Notes under the pieces: generated by a model | Seen by the model: the letters and a program-made list of their open reading frames with translations, nothing else | The model's database searches: none | What the model was told of the DNA's origin: nothing | Position numbers and translations under genes: made by a program | In this document: piece by piece, positions 1 to 10,900 of the stretch | Layout: every line of letters begins with the position of its first letter | How positions within the stretch are numbered: the stretch's first letter is position 1 | Assembly: GCA_963662585.1 (NCBI GenBank) | Contig: OY759729.1 | Coordinates: 3,040,001-3,104,000, forward strand | Direction of reading: 5' to 3' | Length of the DNA stretch: 64,000 nucleotides | From: Candidatus Cloacimonadales bacterium | GTDB taxonomy: Bacteria; Cloacimonadota; Cloacimonadia; Cloacimonadales; JAFGVF01

Positions 1-465
1 GTTTGGACTGATGAAACAAGACCTCTGCTTCAGGGTGCGAGATTGACTGTCTGGGAGCTTTTAAAAGAAGGGATTGAATGTTATCTCATTTCCGACTCAA
101 TGGCCGCTCATACTATTAAAACAAAAGAAATTGATATGATTATTACCGGAGCAGATAGAATAACTCAGAATGGTGATTCTGCTAATAAAATTGGTACACT
201 TAATTTATCAATATTAGCTCAATATTATAATATTCCTTTCTATATTGTTGCTCCAACTTCCACAATAGATAAGTCTTTAGTCGAAGGTAAGCAAATTGTT
301 ATTGAAGAAAGGGATAGTTCGGAATTAAAATATATTAAAGGTGTTCAAATTGCCCCGCTAACCTGTGAAGTTTTTAATCCTGCCTTTGATGTAGTAGATA
401 ATCAAAATATCACTGCCATTATTACCGATGAAGGAGTATATAAAAAGCCTTATGATTTCAGGTAA
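1..465 (+). CDS. mtnA: S-methyl-5-thioribose-1-phosphate isomerase, 5'-truncated by window edge
   Basis: Frame open from base 1: VWTDETRPLLQGARLTVWEL...GADRI..NGDSANKIGT...NPAFDV, the MtnA/eIF2B-like motifs. Confidence 0.93.
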   Translation, partial: VWTDETRPLLQGARLTVWELLKEGIECYLISDSMAAHTIKTKEIDMIITGADRITQNGDSANKIGTLNLSILAQYYNIPFYIVAPTSTIDKSLVEGKQIVIEERDSSELKYIKGVQIAPLTCEVFNPAFDVVDNQNITAIITDEGVYKKPYDFR

Positions 466-1219
466 AGATGACCAAAATATTCATAAATTAGTCCATTTAT
501 TACTAAGCTCCAAGCACACAATAGCTTTTACAGGTGCAGGAATCTCAGTAGCCAGTGGAATACCCTCCTTTCGAGGTAAAGATGGAATTTGGTCTAAATA
601 TGACCCCAATATTTTAGAATTATCAAACTATTATTCTAAACCAGAATCATGCTGGAAATTTATCAAAGAGATTTTTTACGAGAATCTTCAAGGTGTGCAG
701 CCCAATGCAGGACATTATGCTCTTACTAGTTTGCAGCAAAAGGGGTTGATTGCTAGTATATACACCCAAAATATTGATAATCTGCATCAAGAATCAGGAT
801 CTAAAAATGTTTATGAATTTCATGGTAACACTCAATATTTTATCTGCCGTAAGTGCAAGAGGAAATATTCTCTGACAGAGATTTCTTTTGATGGTGAATA
901 TCCCAAGTGTCCAGATTGTTCAGCTTTAGTTAAACCTGATTTTATCTTCTTTTCAGAAGAGTTACCTCGGGATGTTTTAGAAAAAGCTTACTCTGAGGCA
1001 GAAGTTGCTGAGTTAATTTTAGTTATTGGTTGTTCAGGAGAAGTTTATCCTGCTAATCAAATACCGAATTATGTAAAGTGGGCTGGGGGTAAGGTTGTGG
1101 AAATAAATCCACAAAAATCACTTTATACTGCTACTATAAGTGATTTCAGAATTGCAGGTCAGTCTCAAGATGTTTTACAAAAAATAGTCGATACAGTGAA
1201 GGAAATAAGGGAGAAATAA
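452..1219 (+). CDS. cobB: NAD-dependent protein deacylase (sirtuin)
   Basis: GAGISVASGIPSFRG, TQNIDNLH, HG, CxxC..CxxC Zn site. Start uncertain: 428 or 452. Confidence 0.9.
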   Translation: MISGKDDQNIHKLVHLLLSSKHTIAFTGAGISVASGIPSFRGKDGIWSKYDPNILELSNYYSKPESCWKFIKEIFYENLQGVQPNAGHYALTSLQQKGLIASIYTQNIDNLHQESGSKNVYEFHGNTQYFICRKCKRKYSLTEISFDGEYPKCPDCSALVKPDFIFFSEELPRDVLEKAYSEAEVAELILVIGCSGEVYPANQIPNYVKWAGGKVVEINPQKSLYTATISDFRIAGQSQDVLQKIVDTVKEIREK

Positions 1220-1220
1220 G

Positions 1221-2285
1221 GTGAAAAATAAAGTAATTCTTCTCTTTATGTTATTGCAAGTTCTTATTCTGACTAGTTCAGAAATTGAAATATTAAAGCA
1301 AAGATTTGAGAATATTAGTGGAAATTATTCTAATGAGACAATATCCTTAGAATTTAAAATAATAGATGAAGTATTATGTGATAGTATCGTAGTTTATAGA
1401 AATTATAATCCGATTGAGATACCAGTAGATCTGTATAAATTACCTATTAGTAGATTTGTTGTATATGCCTCAAATTCATTTGAAGACAAGAAGTTGGCTG
1501 ATAATATAGATTATTATTATCTAGCAGTAGGTTATTTTAATGGAGAAGCTTGGGCTATTAGTGATAATTTAATGATTAGCGTGCCTAATGTAGATTTAGA
1601 GATTGCAGACCTATCATATAAAGATATTCATCTTGAAGTTAATAAGAGAGATTATTACTTACAAATAGTAGCTAACAAATCAAAAATCCTAAAAAAATAT
1701 CCTTTAGTTATGGGGGAAAATCCTTTTGCCAGGAAAGTCATCAGAGATAGAGTATCTAGTCCTGAAGGAATTTATGAAATTGTCTATATTCTAAAGAATG
1801 CGACAAACTATAAAGCTCTAGATATTAATTATCCCAATACAATTGATAGAGTTCGTTATGAATTAGCCAAGGATTTAGAATTAATTCCTCAGAAAGAGGC
1901 TATAGGTGGAGATATTCAAATCCATGGCATGGGGATTAATACAAACTGGACTTTAGGTAGTTTTGCTCTTAGGAACAGTGATGTTGATGAGATTATAGAC
2001 TCAAGTCTCATAAGACCAGGGAGTAAAGTTATTATAACAGGATATGAAATAACTCCTGAAGATATCTCATACCTTGATAGATTCTGGACTAAAGGAGAGA
2101 TTAAAATTATCCAAAATAAATTACAAGCTCAAGGTTATGAAATAGCTTCTGATGGTGTATTAGGTCCTAATAGCCGTAAAGTTTTAGGTAAATTTCAATA
2201 TGAAAATGGGTTAAAAATTACCTGTGAATTAGATCGTAAAACCTGCCAGAAAATTGGATATATTCCTTACGATGTCAAACCTTAA
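1221..2285 (+). CDS. Secreted L,D-transpeptidase-family protein with C-terminal peptidoglycan-binding domain
   Basis: Signal peptide; SPEGIY...INYPN..D...GGDIQIHG..NWTLGS (YkuD-like); IQNKL..GY..DGVLGPNS...FQ (PG-binding). Confidence 0.75.
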   Translation: MKNKVILLFMLLQVLILTSSEIEILKQRFENISGNYSNETISLEFKIIDEVLCDSIVVYRNYNPIEIPVDLYKLPISRFVVYASNSFEDKKLADNIDYYYLAVGYFNGEAWAISDNLMISVPNVDLEIADLSYKDIHLEVNKRDYYLQIVANKSKILKKYPLVMGENPFARKVIRDRVSSPEGIYEIVYILKNATNYKALDINYPNTIDRVRYELAKDLELIPQKEAIGGDIQIHGMGINTNWTLGSFALRNSDVDEIIDSSLIRPGSKVIITGYEITPEDISYLDRFWTKGEIKIIQNKLQAQGYEIASDGVLGPNSRKVLGKFQYENGLKITCELDRKTCQKIGYIPYDVKP

Positions 2286-2326
2286 AGAATATAACAAGTC
2301 TATGGCTAATTCTATCTTTAATACTC

Positions 2327-2686
2327 ATGAACACCCCCAAGTATGAGAGTATGAGACATCACATGAAAGGATTTATACAGGGACTTCTGTTTATTCTAAT
2401 TATTATTTTAATAATAGTGTTTTTCCAAATAATTGGCTATATAGACAAAAGTGTAATGGGAAACAATTATCAAGCTAGCGATGAGAGTGATATCGAGTAT
2501 TGGAGTGAAGATATCGAGCGTTCTGATGGAATTAGAGAGGGAAAAGAGAGAACAAAAGAAAATCCTCTATCTGAACAAAGGCGTAAAGATTTTGGTTCAA
2601 AATCATTAAATGAGAAAGATAGGGATAAATTAGAAACAGAGAAAAAAGAAAAAGCTAATAAAGCTCATGATTATCTTAAGAAATAA
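2327..2686 (+). CDS. Hypothetical single-TM membrane protein
   Basis: One hydrophobic helix then charged tail; start uncertain. Confidence 0.5.
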   Translation: MNTPKYESMRHHMKGFIQGLLFILIIILIIVFFQIIGYIDKSVMGNNYQASDESDIEYWSEDIERSDGIREGKERTKENPLSEQRRKDFGSKSLNEKDRDKLETEKKEKANKAHDYLKK

Positions 2687-3689
2687 TATCGACTACTAAT
2701 TTAGTAAGCAGTAGATTAACCTCTAAATCAGTAGATTTTAACTTATAATCACTCTGTAATAATAAATCAAAGATATAATTCATTTTTATTTTACCATAAT
2801 TATTGGCAAAAGAAATATAATCTCTTCTAAAACTTGTGTGAACTTCATTTAAATAATTAGATTGAATCTCGGAAATTGATAAACCACTAACTTGGAGATA
2901 TTTTATTCTCCAGATAATTTGGAAGAATCTAGTCAACATAACTATTAAGAGAATTGAATTCTTACCATCTTCAGCATCTAAGTAGTTGTGCAGGATTGTA
3001 AGTGCATTTTTTTTATCTCGTCTTCCTATTGCATTTTGAAGCTCAAAGATAGAACTAGCTCTATTATTATCCATACAATTTTCAATATCTTGGACAGTAA
3101 TAACTTTTCTATCGCCAATAAAAATTAGAATCTTCTCTAGTTCATTGTAGGCAGTGTAATAATCTGCTTCAATTTTAGAGGAGAAGAGAGAAACAGCTTC
3201 TCTGGATGATTTAATTCTTAGTCTTCTTAATTCAGCATTAAGCCATTTTTCAATTTCCCAATATCCAGCTGGAGGAGTGGCACTTATAGTAATATACTTA
3301 TCAAAAGCTTTGAAAATCTTAGTGCTTTTCTTGATACTTTCGCAATGTACAATTAGGATTGAGGTCGAGGGAATATTATGAATATATTCAGCAATTTTAG
3401 TTTTATCTCTTTCTTTTAACTGTTCAAAATCTCTTACAACAACAACTTTATTCTCTGCTAAAAAGGGGAACATATCCAATTGTTCAATAATATTTTCACT
3501 GTTGATATCTTCACCAAAGAGATTTACCAAATCAAATTCTTTACTTTCAGGAGAGGTAAACTTAGTAATTAATTGTTTAATGATTTTATCTGATAGGAAA
3601 TGATCTTCCCCGTGAATAAAATAGATACTACTCAATTGGTGGCTATTAATAATATCTAGAAACTGGGCTGCGTTGTATCTATTACTCAT
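2676..3689 (-). CDS. holA: DNA polymerase III delta subunit
   Basis: IYFIHGEDHFL, PFLAENKVVVV, NELEKI, SIFEL, D..LKS; typical length. Confidence 0.9.
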   Translation of the reverse strand: MSNRYNAAQFLDIINSHQLSSIYFIHGEDHFLSDKIIKQLITKFTSPESKEFDLVNLFGEDINSENIIEQLDMFPFLAENKVVVVRDFEQLKERDKTKIAEYIHNIPSTSILIVHCESIKKSTKIFKAFDKYITISATPPAGYWEIEKWLNAELRRLRIKSSREAVSLFSSKIEADYYTAYNELEKILIFIGDRKVITVQDIENCMDNNRASSIFELQNAIGRRDKKNALTILHNYLDAEDGKNSILLIVMLTRFFQIIWRIKYLQVSGLSISEIQSNYLNEVHTSFRRDYISFANNYGKIKMNYIFDLLLQSDYKLKSTDLEVNLLLTKLVVDIIS

Positions 3690-3703
3690 CTTTCTTCATT
3701 CAA

Positions 3704-4510
3704 TTAAAATATTATAAAATAGAGTGAGACTAGTGAAATTGTCCAGCAGTAGTAAGAAAAGTACTTTAATTTCCTCTTTTGAATTAAGTTAATTAAAAGG
3801 GCAATAACAATGAATCCAGAGATAAATGCGGCGATTGCACCAGCAGAGTATCTTATTAAAGTTGCAGTATCGATTGGTCCCATATCCATAAAATCTATTA
3901 AAGCTGCACCAAGTATGGCTGGAATGCTCAATAAGAAGGAGAATCTTGCAGCATCTTCTCTTTTCATCTTACTAAACAATGCAAAGGCAATGGTAGTTCC
4001 TGAGCGGGAAATTCCTGGTATAATAGCTAAAGCTTGTCCGATTCCGATAAATAGTGCTTTCCCCCAACCTAGGTTGTAATCTTCAAAGTTACCACTAGGT
4101 AATTTATCAGAAATATAGAGAATTAATCCTGTTACCGCAAGTGCTAGCGAAACAGCAATTGGAAGGTTATAAAGGGCTTCGAATTTACTTTTAAATGCAA
4201 TACCAATAACTGCAGTAGCAATTGTTGCAATTAATAGATAAGCTAAAATCTTGAGATTATTAACATCCTGATAACTCTTCTTTGAAGAGAATATCTTGGT
4301 TGCCGATTGTAATAGAGAAATAATATCTTTAAAGAAAAAGATCAAAACCGCAAGTAAAGAACCGAGGTGAACAACAACTTCAAAGCTAATTCCAGAATCT
4401 TTAATACCCAAGAAATATTGGGCTAAAACTAAGTGACCTGAGCTTGATACTGGTAAAAATTCGGTAAATCCTTGGATGATTCCTAAAACTATCGATTCAA
4501 TTAGTGACAT
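3704..4510 (-). CDS. uppP: Undecaprenyl-diphosphate phosphatase
   Basis: GIIQGFTEFLPVSSSGHL and PGISRSGTT signatures. Confidence 0.96.
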   Translation of the reverse strand: MSLIESIVLGIIQGFTEFLPVSSSGHLVLAQYFLGIKDSGISFEVVVHLGSLLAVLIFFFKDIISLLQSATKIFSSKKSYQDVNNLKILAYLLIATIATAVIGIAFKSKFEALYNLPIAVSLALAVTGLILYISDKLPSGNFEDYNLGWGKALFIGIGQALAIIPGISRSGTTIAFALFSKMKREDAARFSFLLSIPAILGAALIDFMDMGPIDTATLIRYSAGAIAAFISGFIVIALLINLIQKRKLKYFSYYCWTISLVSLYFIIF

Positions 4511-4522
4511 ATATTTTTCCTC

Positions 4523-5701
4523 TTAATCTATTTTCGGTAAATCTGTATTTAACAAATCAGAAACATAAACTATTCTAAAATGTTTTCTGTCAATCAAAGA
4601 AATTAATTTTCTTAATCTTGAAACATCTGCTTCACTATTAAAGGCTAATATTAAAAGCGGGTTACTATTTTTGGTTAGATATTTCGAAAAATTCTCATTA
4701 GTTACTTGATTATAGGAGAGAGCCCAAGTGGAAAGAAGTTGATTTCGTAAGGCTAATTCAAAGCCTTTTGATTTACTAGTAGTCATAGCATCGATATAAT
4801 AGAGATTATATTCTGCACAGTAATCAATTATGTACTGCATAAAATCAGCTTCGGAGGAAGCAAAATCCCCCCAATAGTGGGTGAGACCTTTTACTGATTT
4901 AATATTGCTTCGTAAGTTATGTATCTCTGTCCAAATCTGCTGTTTGTCGATAGGATTTTGAACTTTAATTGCATTTAATTGGTAATATGATTGGCGATTT
5001 GGATATGATTCTAGGGGAATAGTCAACATCGTTTCAATCTCTTTAGAAGCAGCTAAGCTACTAAGAGTATCACTGTAAAGTCCATCGCCAATGAAGGATA
5101 AAGTAATATTATTCTTCTTTATTAAATCTAAATTATCTATTATAATTTCTTTATTATCACCTAGTTCGGTGAGTATAACTGATATTTCCTGTAGCTGTTC
5201 TAAATCTGAATAAGGTCCCTTATCATAGACTAATCTGATAGTATATTCAATTGATTCATCACGATTCCTGAAGGTTAGTTTATGACCAACTAAGTAATTC
5301 TTCCAGTTAGCAAAGAATATCCCATCGACTAATTTCCCACCTGCTTTAGTTAACTCCTGTTTAAGAATCATATTAGCGTAAGTGAGGTCAACTGTTTCTC
5401 GATTTAGTAAGAATCTTAAATAAATCTCTCGTGGCTTATTGGTGGATTTATCTTCATATCTAATAACATTTGTATAAATATTTGATGAATATCTTTTATT
5501 ATTCTCATCATAAGGGATTTTCAGAGCATAAGCAACATCATAAATGACTTTTTCTAAGGAATCTATTTTGGTATCATACCAGGGGTGATAGTCATAACTA
5601 GTAGAATCTACAGCAGTAGCTTGTGAAATAATCTCAATTTTATCAGCAGAACCGCATCCTGACATAAATATGGTAATGAGAAAAAGTGAGAATAATAACA
5701 T
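4523..5701 (-). CDS. Lipoprotein with divergent polysaccharide deacetylase (YibQ-like) domain
   Basis: Lipobox MSGC; ETMLTIPLES, GLTHYWG, YYIDAMTTSKS resemble degenerate YibQ motifs. Confidence 0.55.
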   Translation of the reverse strand: MLLFSLFLITIFMSGCGSADKIEIISQATAVDSTSYDYHPWYDTKIDSLEKVIYDVAYALKIPYDENNKRYSSNIYTNVIRYEDKSTNKPREIYLRFLLNRETVDLTYANMILKQELTKAGGKLVDGIFFANWKNYLVGHKLTFRNRDESIEYTIRLVYDKGPYSDLEQLQEISVILTELGDNKEIIIDNLDLIKKNNITLSFIGDGLYSDTLSSLAASKEIETMLTIPLESYPNRQSYYQLNAIKVQNPIDKQQIWTEIHNLRSNIKSVKGLTHYWGDFASSEADFMQYIIDYCAEYNLYYIDAMTTSKSKGFELALRNQLLSTWALSYNQVTNENFSKYLTKNSNPLLILAFNSEADVSRLRKLISLIDRKHFRIVYVSDLLNTDLPKID

Positions 5702-5704
5702 TAA

Positions 5705-6376
5705 CTAAAATTTTACCTGGAGATTAACCATTGGAGTCATATCGTTATTAATCGTGGAATACATAGTATATTTGTCTGCGATATTTCTATTTTTATAGCG
5801 AATTAACATATCTACAAAACTAAATAGATGGTTTGCTACTAAAACACCTGAAGCAATTTTAGCATAATCTTGGTTAAAGAAATAATCTTGTCTGAGCTCA
5901 TTATATTTATATCTATTATTTTTACTATCCCATCGCCAGCTTAAGTCCTCAGGCATGGCATTTGCATTGATATAATTTTGTTGAGCAATAGGATCACCAG
6001 GATTATTTGCTATAGCATCGTTTAAAACCTCTTGATTATATCCATCTGCTTCATAATAGGAAGAAGTGTATCTACCAATTGTTTTGTAATATGTTTCAGG
6101 ATGATTTATAGGGTTAATATGAGCAAATTTAATAGCATAATTAACGCTTTGATCTTTTTTAATATCTGCTTCGTTAGTAAAATAGATTAGAGATGAAATA
6201 AAGGCAACTTCTAATCCAATATGAGCAAAACCTGCACTATGATCATTACTGATTTGCCCCCAGCCAGGAATTATTAAAGATTTTAGGGGAGAGAAACTAT
6301 AACTATCCGCTAAGATGGGAAGAGAGAGGCAGAGGATAAGGACAATGATTAGATATCTTTTAGAATTTGTACCCAT
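5705..6376 (-). CDS. DUF5683-like secreted/membrane protein (paralog 3)
   Basis: SLIIPGWGQ motif, W.W, NHLFSFVD, C-terminal LQVKF; AAGGAG RBS favours start at 6376. Confidence 0.65.
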   Translation of the reverse strand: MGTNSKRYLIIVLILCLSLPILADSYSFSPLKSLIIPGWGQISNDHSAGFAHIGLEVAFISSLIYFTNEADIKKDQSVNYAIKFAHINPINHPETYYKTIGRYTSSYYEADGYNQEVLNDAIANNPGDPIAQQNYINANAMPEDLSWRWDSKNNRYKYNELRQDYFFNQDYAKIASGVLVANHLFSFVDMLIRYKNRNIADKYTMYSTINNDMTPMVNLQVKF

Positions 6377-7025
6377 AGTTAAGTGAAACTCCTTGATTAA
6401 TAATATCAGGTTGAACATTTAGTGAATGTCTATTTAAGAAATCTTTATTATTTGAATTTGTTTTTATTGCACTAGAAACAGCACTGTAGAGGTGATTAAC
6501 TATAATCGAGCCAATAACAAAGCTACTATTCTGTTTATTTTTCTGTCTTTCAGCACGGTATTTTTTGTATTTATCTAGATTTTGTCTTGATTCCCAATCC
6601 CAAGCTTGATCTTCAGCAATACTATAGTTATTGACAAATTCATAATAACCATCAGTTCCATAACCATAATAGTTTTGAGCATTTAATCTAACATTTTCAT
6701 TATATTGGTCACTAGCAATTTGTTTAGATATCAAATCATAATAGCCACTACTACTATTTTTAGGTAGGCCAAGAATCTTATTGGCAAAGATTTTAGCAGA
6801 ATTATCATAATGATCTACTTGCTTTTCGAAATGAAAAAGGGTTGCTATCAAAGCAATTTCTCTGACAAGGGCAATTGATCCCTGGGAGTAATTACGGGCA
6901 TAGAAGTCACCACTACCAGGAACTGCCGCAGACATAATGAAAGACAACTTTGCAGAATGAATTTTATCAGCTGCAAGTGAAGCTATAGTTAAGCTTAACA
7001 GTAATAATAATATAACTTTTTTCAC
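6360..7025 (-). CDS. DUF5683-like secreted/membrane protein (paralog 2)
   Basis: SAAVPGSGDFY, WDW, NHLYSAVS, C-terminal YGYKF. Confidence 0.65.
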   Translation of the reverse strand: MKKVILLLLLSLTIASLAADKIHSAKLSFIMSAAVPGSGDFYARNYSQGSIALVREIALIATLFHFEKQVDHYDNSAKIFANKILGLPKNSSSGYYDLISKQIASDQYNENVRLNAQNYYGYGTDGYYEFVNNYSIAEDQAWDWESRQNLDKYKKYRAERQKNKQNSSFVIGSIIVNHLYSAVSSAIKTNSNNKDFLNRHSLNVQPDIINQGVSLNYGYKF

Positions 7026-7955
7026 TTAGAACCTCTGTGTAAAGAATACCATAGGGGTGAATCTATCATTTTTTGCAGTAGCTGCATAATTGAATTGGAA
7101 ATTACTTTGACTAATGTAGTTCTTATTATATTTTTTTACAGCTAAACCTGCATCAATTGAGGATACTACTCTATTTAGAACCATTCCGTAAAGGAAGAGA
7201 TTTGCTCTATCGTAAACTTCTTGAGCATCTCTTCTCATCTGGATATATTCAGCTCTCATTGCAGTATTCATTCCTTTATATGGATCTTCAGTATAGTTAG
7301 GGTTAGTAATTTCATATCCAAGAATGTAATGGTTAGGGTCATCTGAATTTGTACTCCAGTTTATGATTGGCTCTACTGATCCTTCTGATAGGCTTCCGCT
7401 TCCATTATAAGCATATTTTTCATACCAATCTGCCCAGCCGTAAATATATTTTTTATACTTACCTGCGTCTTCATAGAAATGCTGGGTATTTTGAGCATCT
7501 AATCTATAGTAGCCATTTTGTCCATCTACATCATAGATGTCTGCTGTATTTATATCGGAAACTAAGCCTTGAACAATATTTTGGAAATCTCTATTATAGC
7601 GAGTTCCTTGATATATAACAGCACCATTTTGGTCAGTTAAAGTAATAGTTTCTCCATTAACATATTTCTCGTAAGCTCTCTCTTGATCAGTAGCATCTTT
7701 ATTGTTTGACAGGTAACCGTAAATCAAAGCACCTTCAATAATAGGGAAGATATAGCCAACCCATCTTTTAGGATTTACATAGACAGAACCTGCTCCAGGT
7801 AAAATAGCAGACATTACTACAGCAATTCTTGCACTCTTCTTTTGGTAATTGACTTGGATTACACTATTATCTAAATCTAAATCATCGATAAGTGGTTGGG
7901 CAAAGATATTTATCGATAACATACAGATGAGTAATACTAATAGATATTTTCTCAT
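7026..7955 (-). CDS. DUF5683-like secreted/membrane protein (paralog 1)
   Basis: KKSA..AVVMSAILPGAGSVY, NRVVSSIDA, C-terminal FTQRF. Confidence 0.7.
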   Translation of the reverse strand: MRKYLLVLLICMLSINIFAQPLIDDLDLDNSVIQVNYQKKSARIAVVMSAILPGAGSVYVNPKRWVGYIFPIIEGALIYGYLSNNKDATDQERAYEKYVNGETITLTDQNGAVIYQGTRYNRDFQNIVQGLVSDINTADIYDVDGQNGYYRLDAQNTQHFYEDAGKYKKYIYGWADWYEKYAYNGSGSLSEGSVEPIINWSTNSDDPNHYILGYEITNPNYTEDPYKGMNTAMRAEYIQMRRDAQEVYDRANLFLYGMVLNRVVSSIDAGLAVKKYNKNYISQSNFQFNYAATAKNDRFTPMVFFTQRF

Positions 7956-7963
7956 TATTTCTC

Positions 7964-10900
7964 CTATTTAATTACAGAAAATTTAAATTTATAGGTTGAT
8001 TTTTCTTCAACAATACCTATATAAATACCAGAAGTGAATCTTGAAAAATCAAGCACAGTATCTACATGGTCTAAATTGTTTGTTTCAATAACACTTTCTT
8101 TAAGTAGTTTTCCAGCAATATCATAGATTTTAAGCTTAGCTAATCTATCTACATTAAAAATCCTAACAGTAGCTTGATTAGAAGCAATAGGATTAGGGAA
8201 AACATAAGCTGAAAGTTTATGATTTTCATTGGTATTATTTGCTTGAGCAAGGTAGGTCAGATTTCTGTTCAGATTACCATTAACCGGTTCCCAGAGAATA
8301 GGACTCTTAGCTACTTTTTTATCTTTCCATTGAACAACTAAGGAGTTATCATAGCAATTTAGTTGATAGAAATAACTTAAGCTATCTGCTTCAGAAAGAG
8401 GAGTATAAGAGAAAAATCTCTTCTTACTTTGGTCCACAATATTTAATGATGGTTCGATAAGATTTCTTCTTGTGTCCCAAGCTATGAAGTTATTATCTTC
8501 TACAGGCAAATAAATTGTTTTACCATAAAAATCTGAATCTTCACTATTTAAGTAATCATTATTAAAAATCATTAAATCTTTACCTGGTGAAAACTCATAA
8601 TTATGAAATGTTCTAGGAAAATGAAGTGGGAAGCTTCCATCTAAGTAGTTTGCATATACTTTATTTCCAGTTGCAAAGATAACGAAAGGGCCTTGATTAT
8701 CACTATCCAAGGCTAAATTAGTATTTTGTGCAGTTTGGAATTGGGTCAAATTAGAATAGTCATAAATTTCTTTTAATTCATTTTGAGAATAGCTATAGAG
8801 TTTATTAAACTCAGAAAGGAAAATTACGAAATCTTCTTTTGTCTCACTTCCTGCTTCTTGATAACTAAGAACAACTGGTTTATTAAGAATTCTACCAGGA
8901 AGTTCTATAGTGCTATTTCTTCTTAGATCTATTAAATGATCTGTTGAAAAGAAGTACAGTCTGTTTTCTGAAGCAATAATATTAGATATAGTATAATCCA
9001 ATTCAGTAATATCTATAGTATTATTATTTGTGTTATATGTAACTTCTAAAACTTTTTCTGTTAAAGGTATATAGTATTTTCCTTCAAAATAGTGAGGTTC
9101 AGAAGTTATGACTTCATTTAGGTTGAAAGTATAAGAGCTATTATTTCTTAAAACTACCATTTCAGATTCAGTAAAGAAAATTAATTCCTCATTAGTATCA
9201 TTATCAAAATCAACTCTTTGAACTGGATATTCAATATTGTCTTGTTCGAACGCAGTATCATATTGAATAGTGTCTAAGTGATCAAAAGTATCATCATTAT
9301 CATTGAAATAATATGATTCAATATTGTTAGAATGAATCAAAGCTAAATCAGCTAATTTTGTTGTCCCTTTAAAAATAGGGGATACAGTAAGAATTTCTCT
9401 TTCAGAAATAATTGAAGATGTATTTGTTAAAATCGGTGAACCATAAGAGAATCTCATAACCTCACCAGCTTGAGAAATATCATAAATCCCTGATGAATAA
9501 GCTACACCAGAACTTGTCATAAGAGCTGGGCTAGAAGCACCATTTAGCTCTGTATTATGAATAGTTTCACTCCAACCACCAAAGAATTCGTTACCATTTA
9601 CTTCTTCAAAAATAGGCATATTTCTAAAGTAGTATTCAAAGGCTGTTCCTTTCCACCAGTAGGCATAAACATTTCCTATATCAGGAATTGCATCAGCTTC
9701 TATAATCTCAACACCTCTATTATCTACATTTGTATTGATAAAGTTGCTATCAAAATTAGAAACAAAATCGCCATTAGAGTCATAAGAACCTTGATTATAT
9801 AAAACATCATTATTAACTTTCCAGACTAAAAGTCCGCCACCTATAGCTTCACCATAAGGGCTAATAAAGGATGGTAGAAGATAATCATATTCTTGAGTAG
9901 GATTATTCAAATCATCGGCATAAGCTGTTGGATAGAGAGCTATACGATTATCTAAGGCCGAGAATACGGCAGTTCCACCATCTCCATCAGGATCAACATT
10001 ACGATTCTCAATAAGAATATATTCATCTTGAGATATGTTTAACTTGTAGATATAAGGGTCTGTTCTGTTGTTAAATCTTTTCTCAGCACAAGAAATATTA
10101 ATATCTTTAAGAGTTTCAAGATTCTCAATGTCTTTTAATATACCTCTTTGGCGAAAACTATCCTCGAACATTAATACTCGGGAATAAGCTCCAGGAAGAG
10201 CTGGGATTAGACCTTCAATTGAATAAGTCTTATTAGGTTCAGGGCCAGGCATTCCAACCTCAGTACCACCACCAGAATCCATAATATCAAAAGAACCAAC
10301 CATTGGGTAGTAACTATTAACCGCATATAAATCTACTAAGCCTAAAGAGTGCCCAAATTCATGGAACATTACACCATTTAGAGCACCATAGCCACTGACT
10401 TGAATATCACCATCAAAGTTGTACTCTCTAATATCTTGGGTAATAGTTTCGGGAACATTACAGGCATAATCAATAGTGTGGTTACCATTATCTACAATAG
10501 CTTCTTTTCCAGTACCAACCCTTATAAAGAAAGATGGTATATCACTAGGGGTATCAGCCATAACATCATGTTGCCAGTCAGAACCAGCATGAATAATCAT
10601 GTAATGAGCATAATCGGAAAAGACAATCTCTGGAGATTCGCTATCTGCAGTTTCAAAGGATTCTTTGAAGTATTCTTCCATCTTGGCAACAAATTCTTCG
10701 CTTGTTGCTCCTGGAGGATTATAGTAGGCCATAGGTTGAGATAAAGTATAACATGGCTTATCTTGAGGGTAGATATCCCAATCGAGACTATAACCACCAA
10801 GACTGGCTGCACCATAATAGTATTTCATAGCCTCAGCCATTTTATCGAAATATTCTTGATTATGAGGTGGCTTAGCTAGTTGAATTGGATAGTTGTCTGG

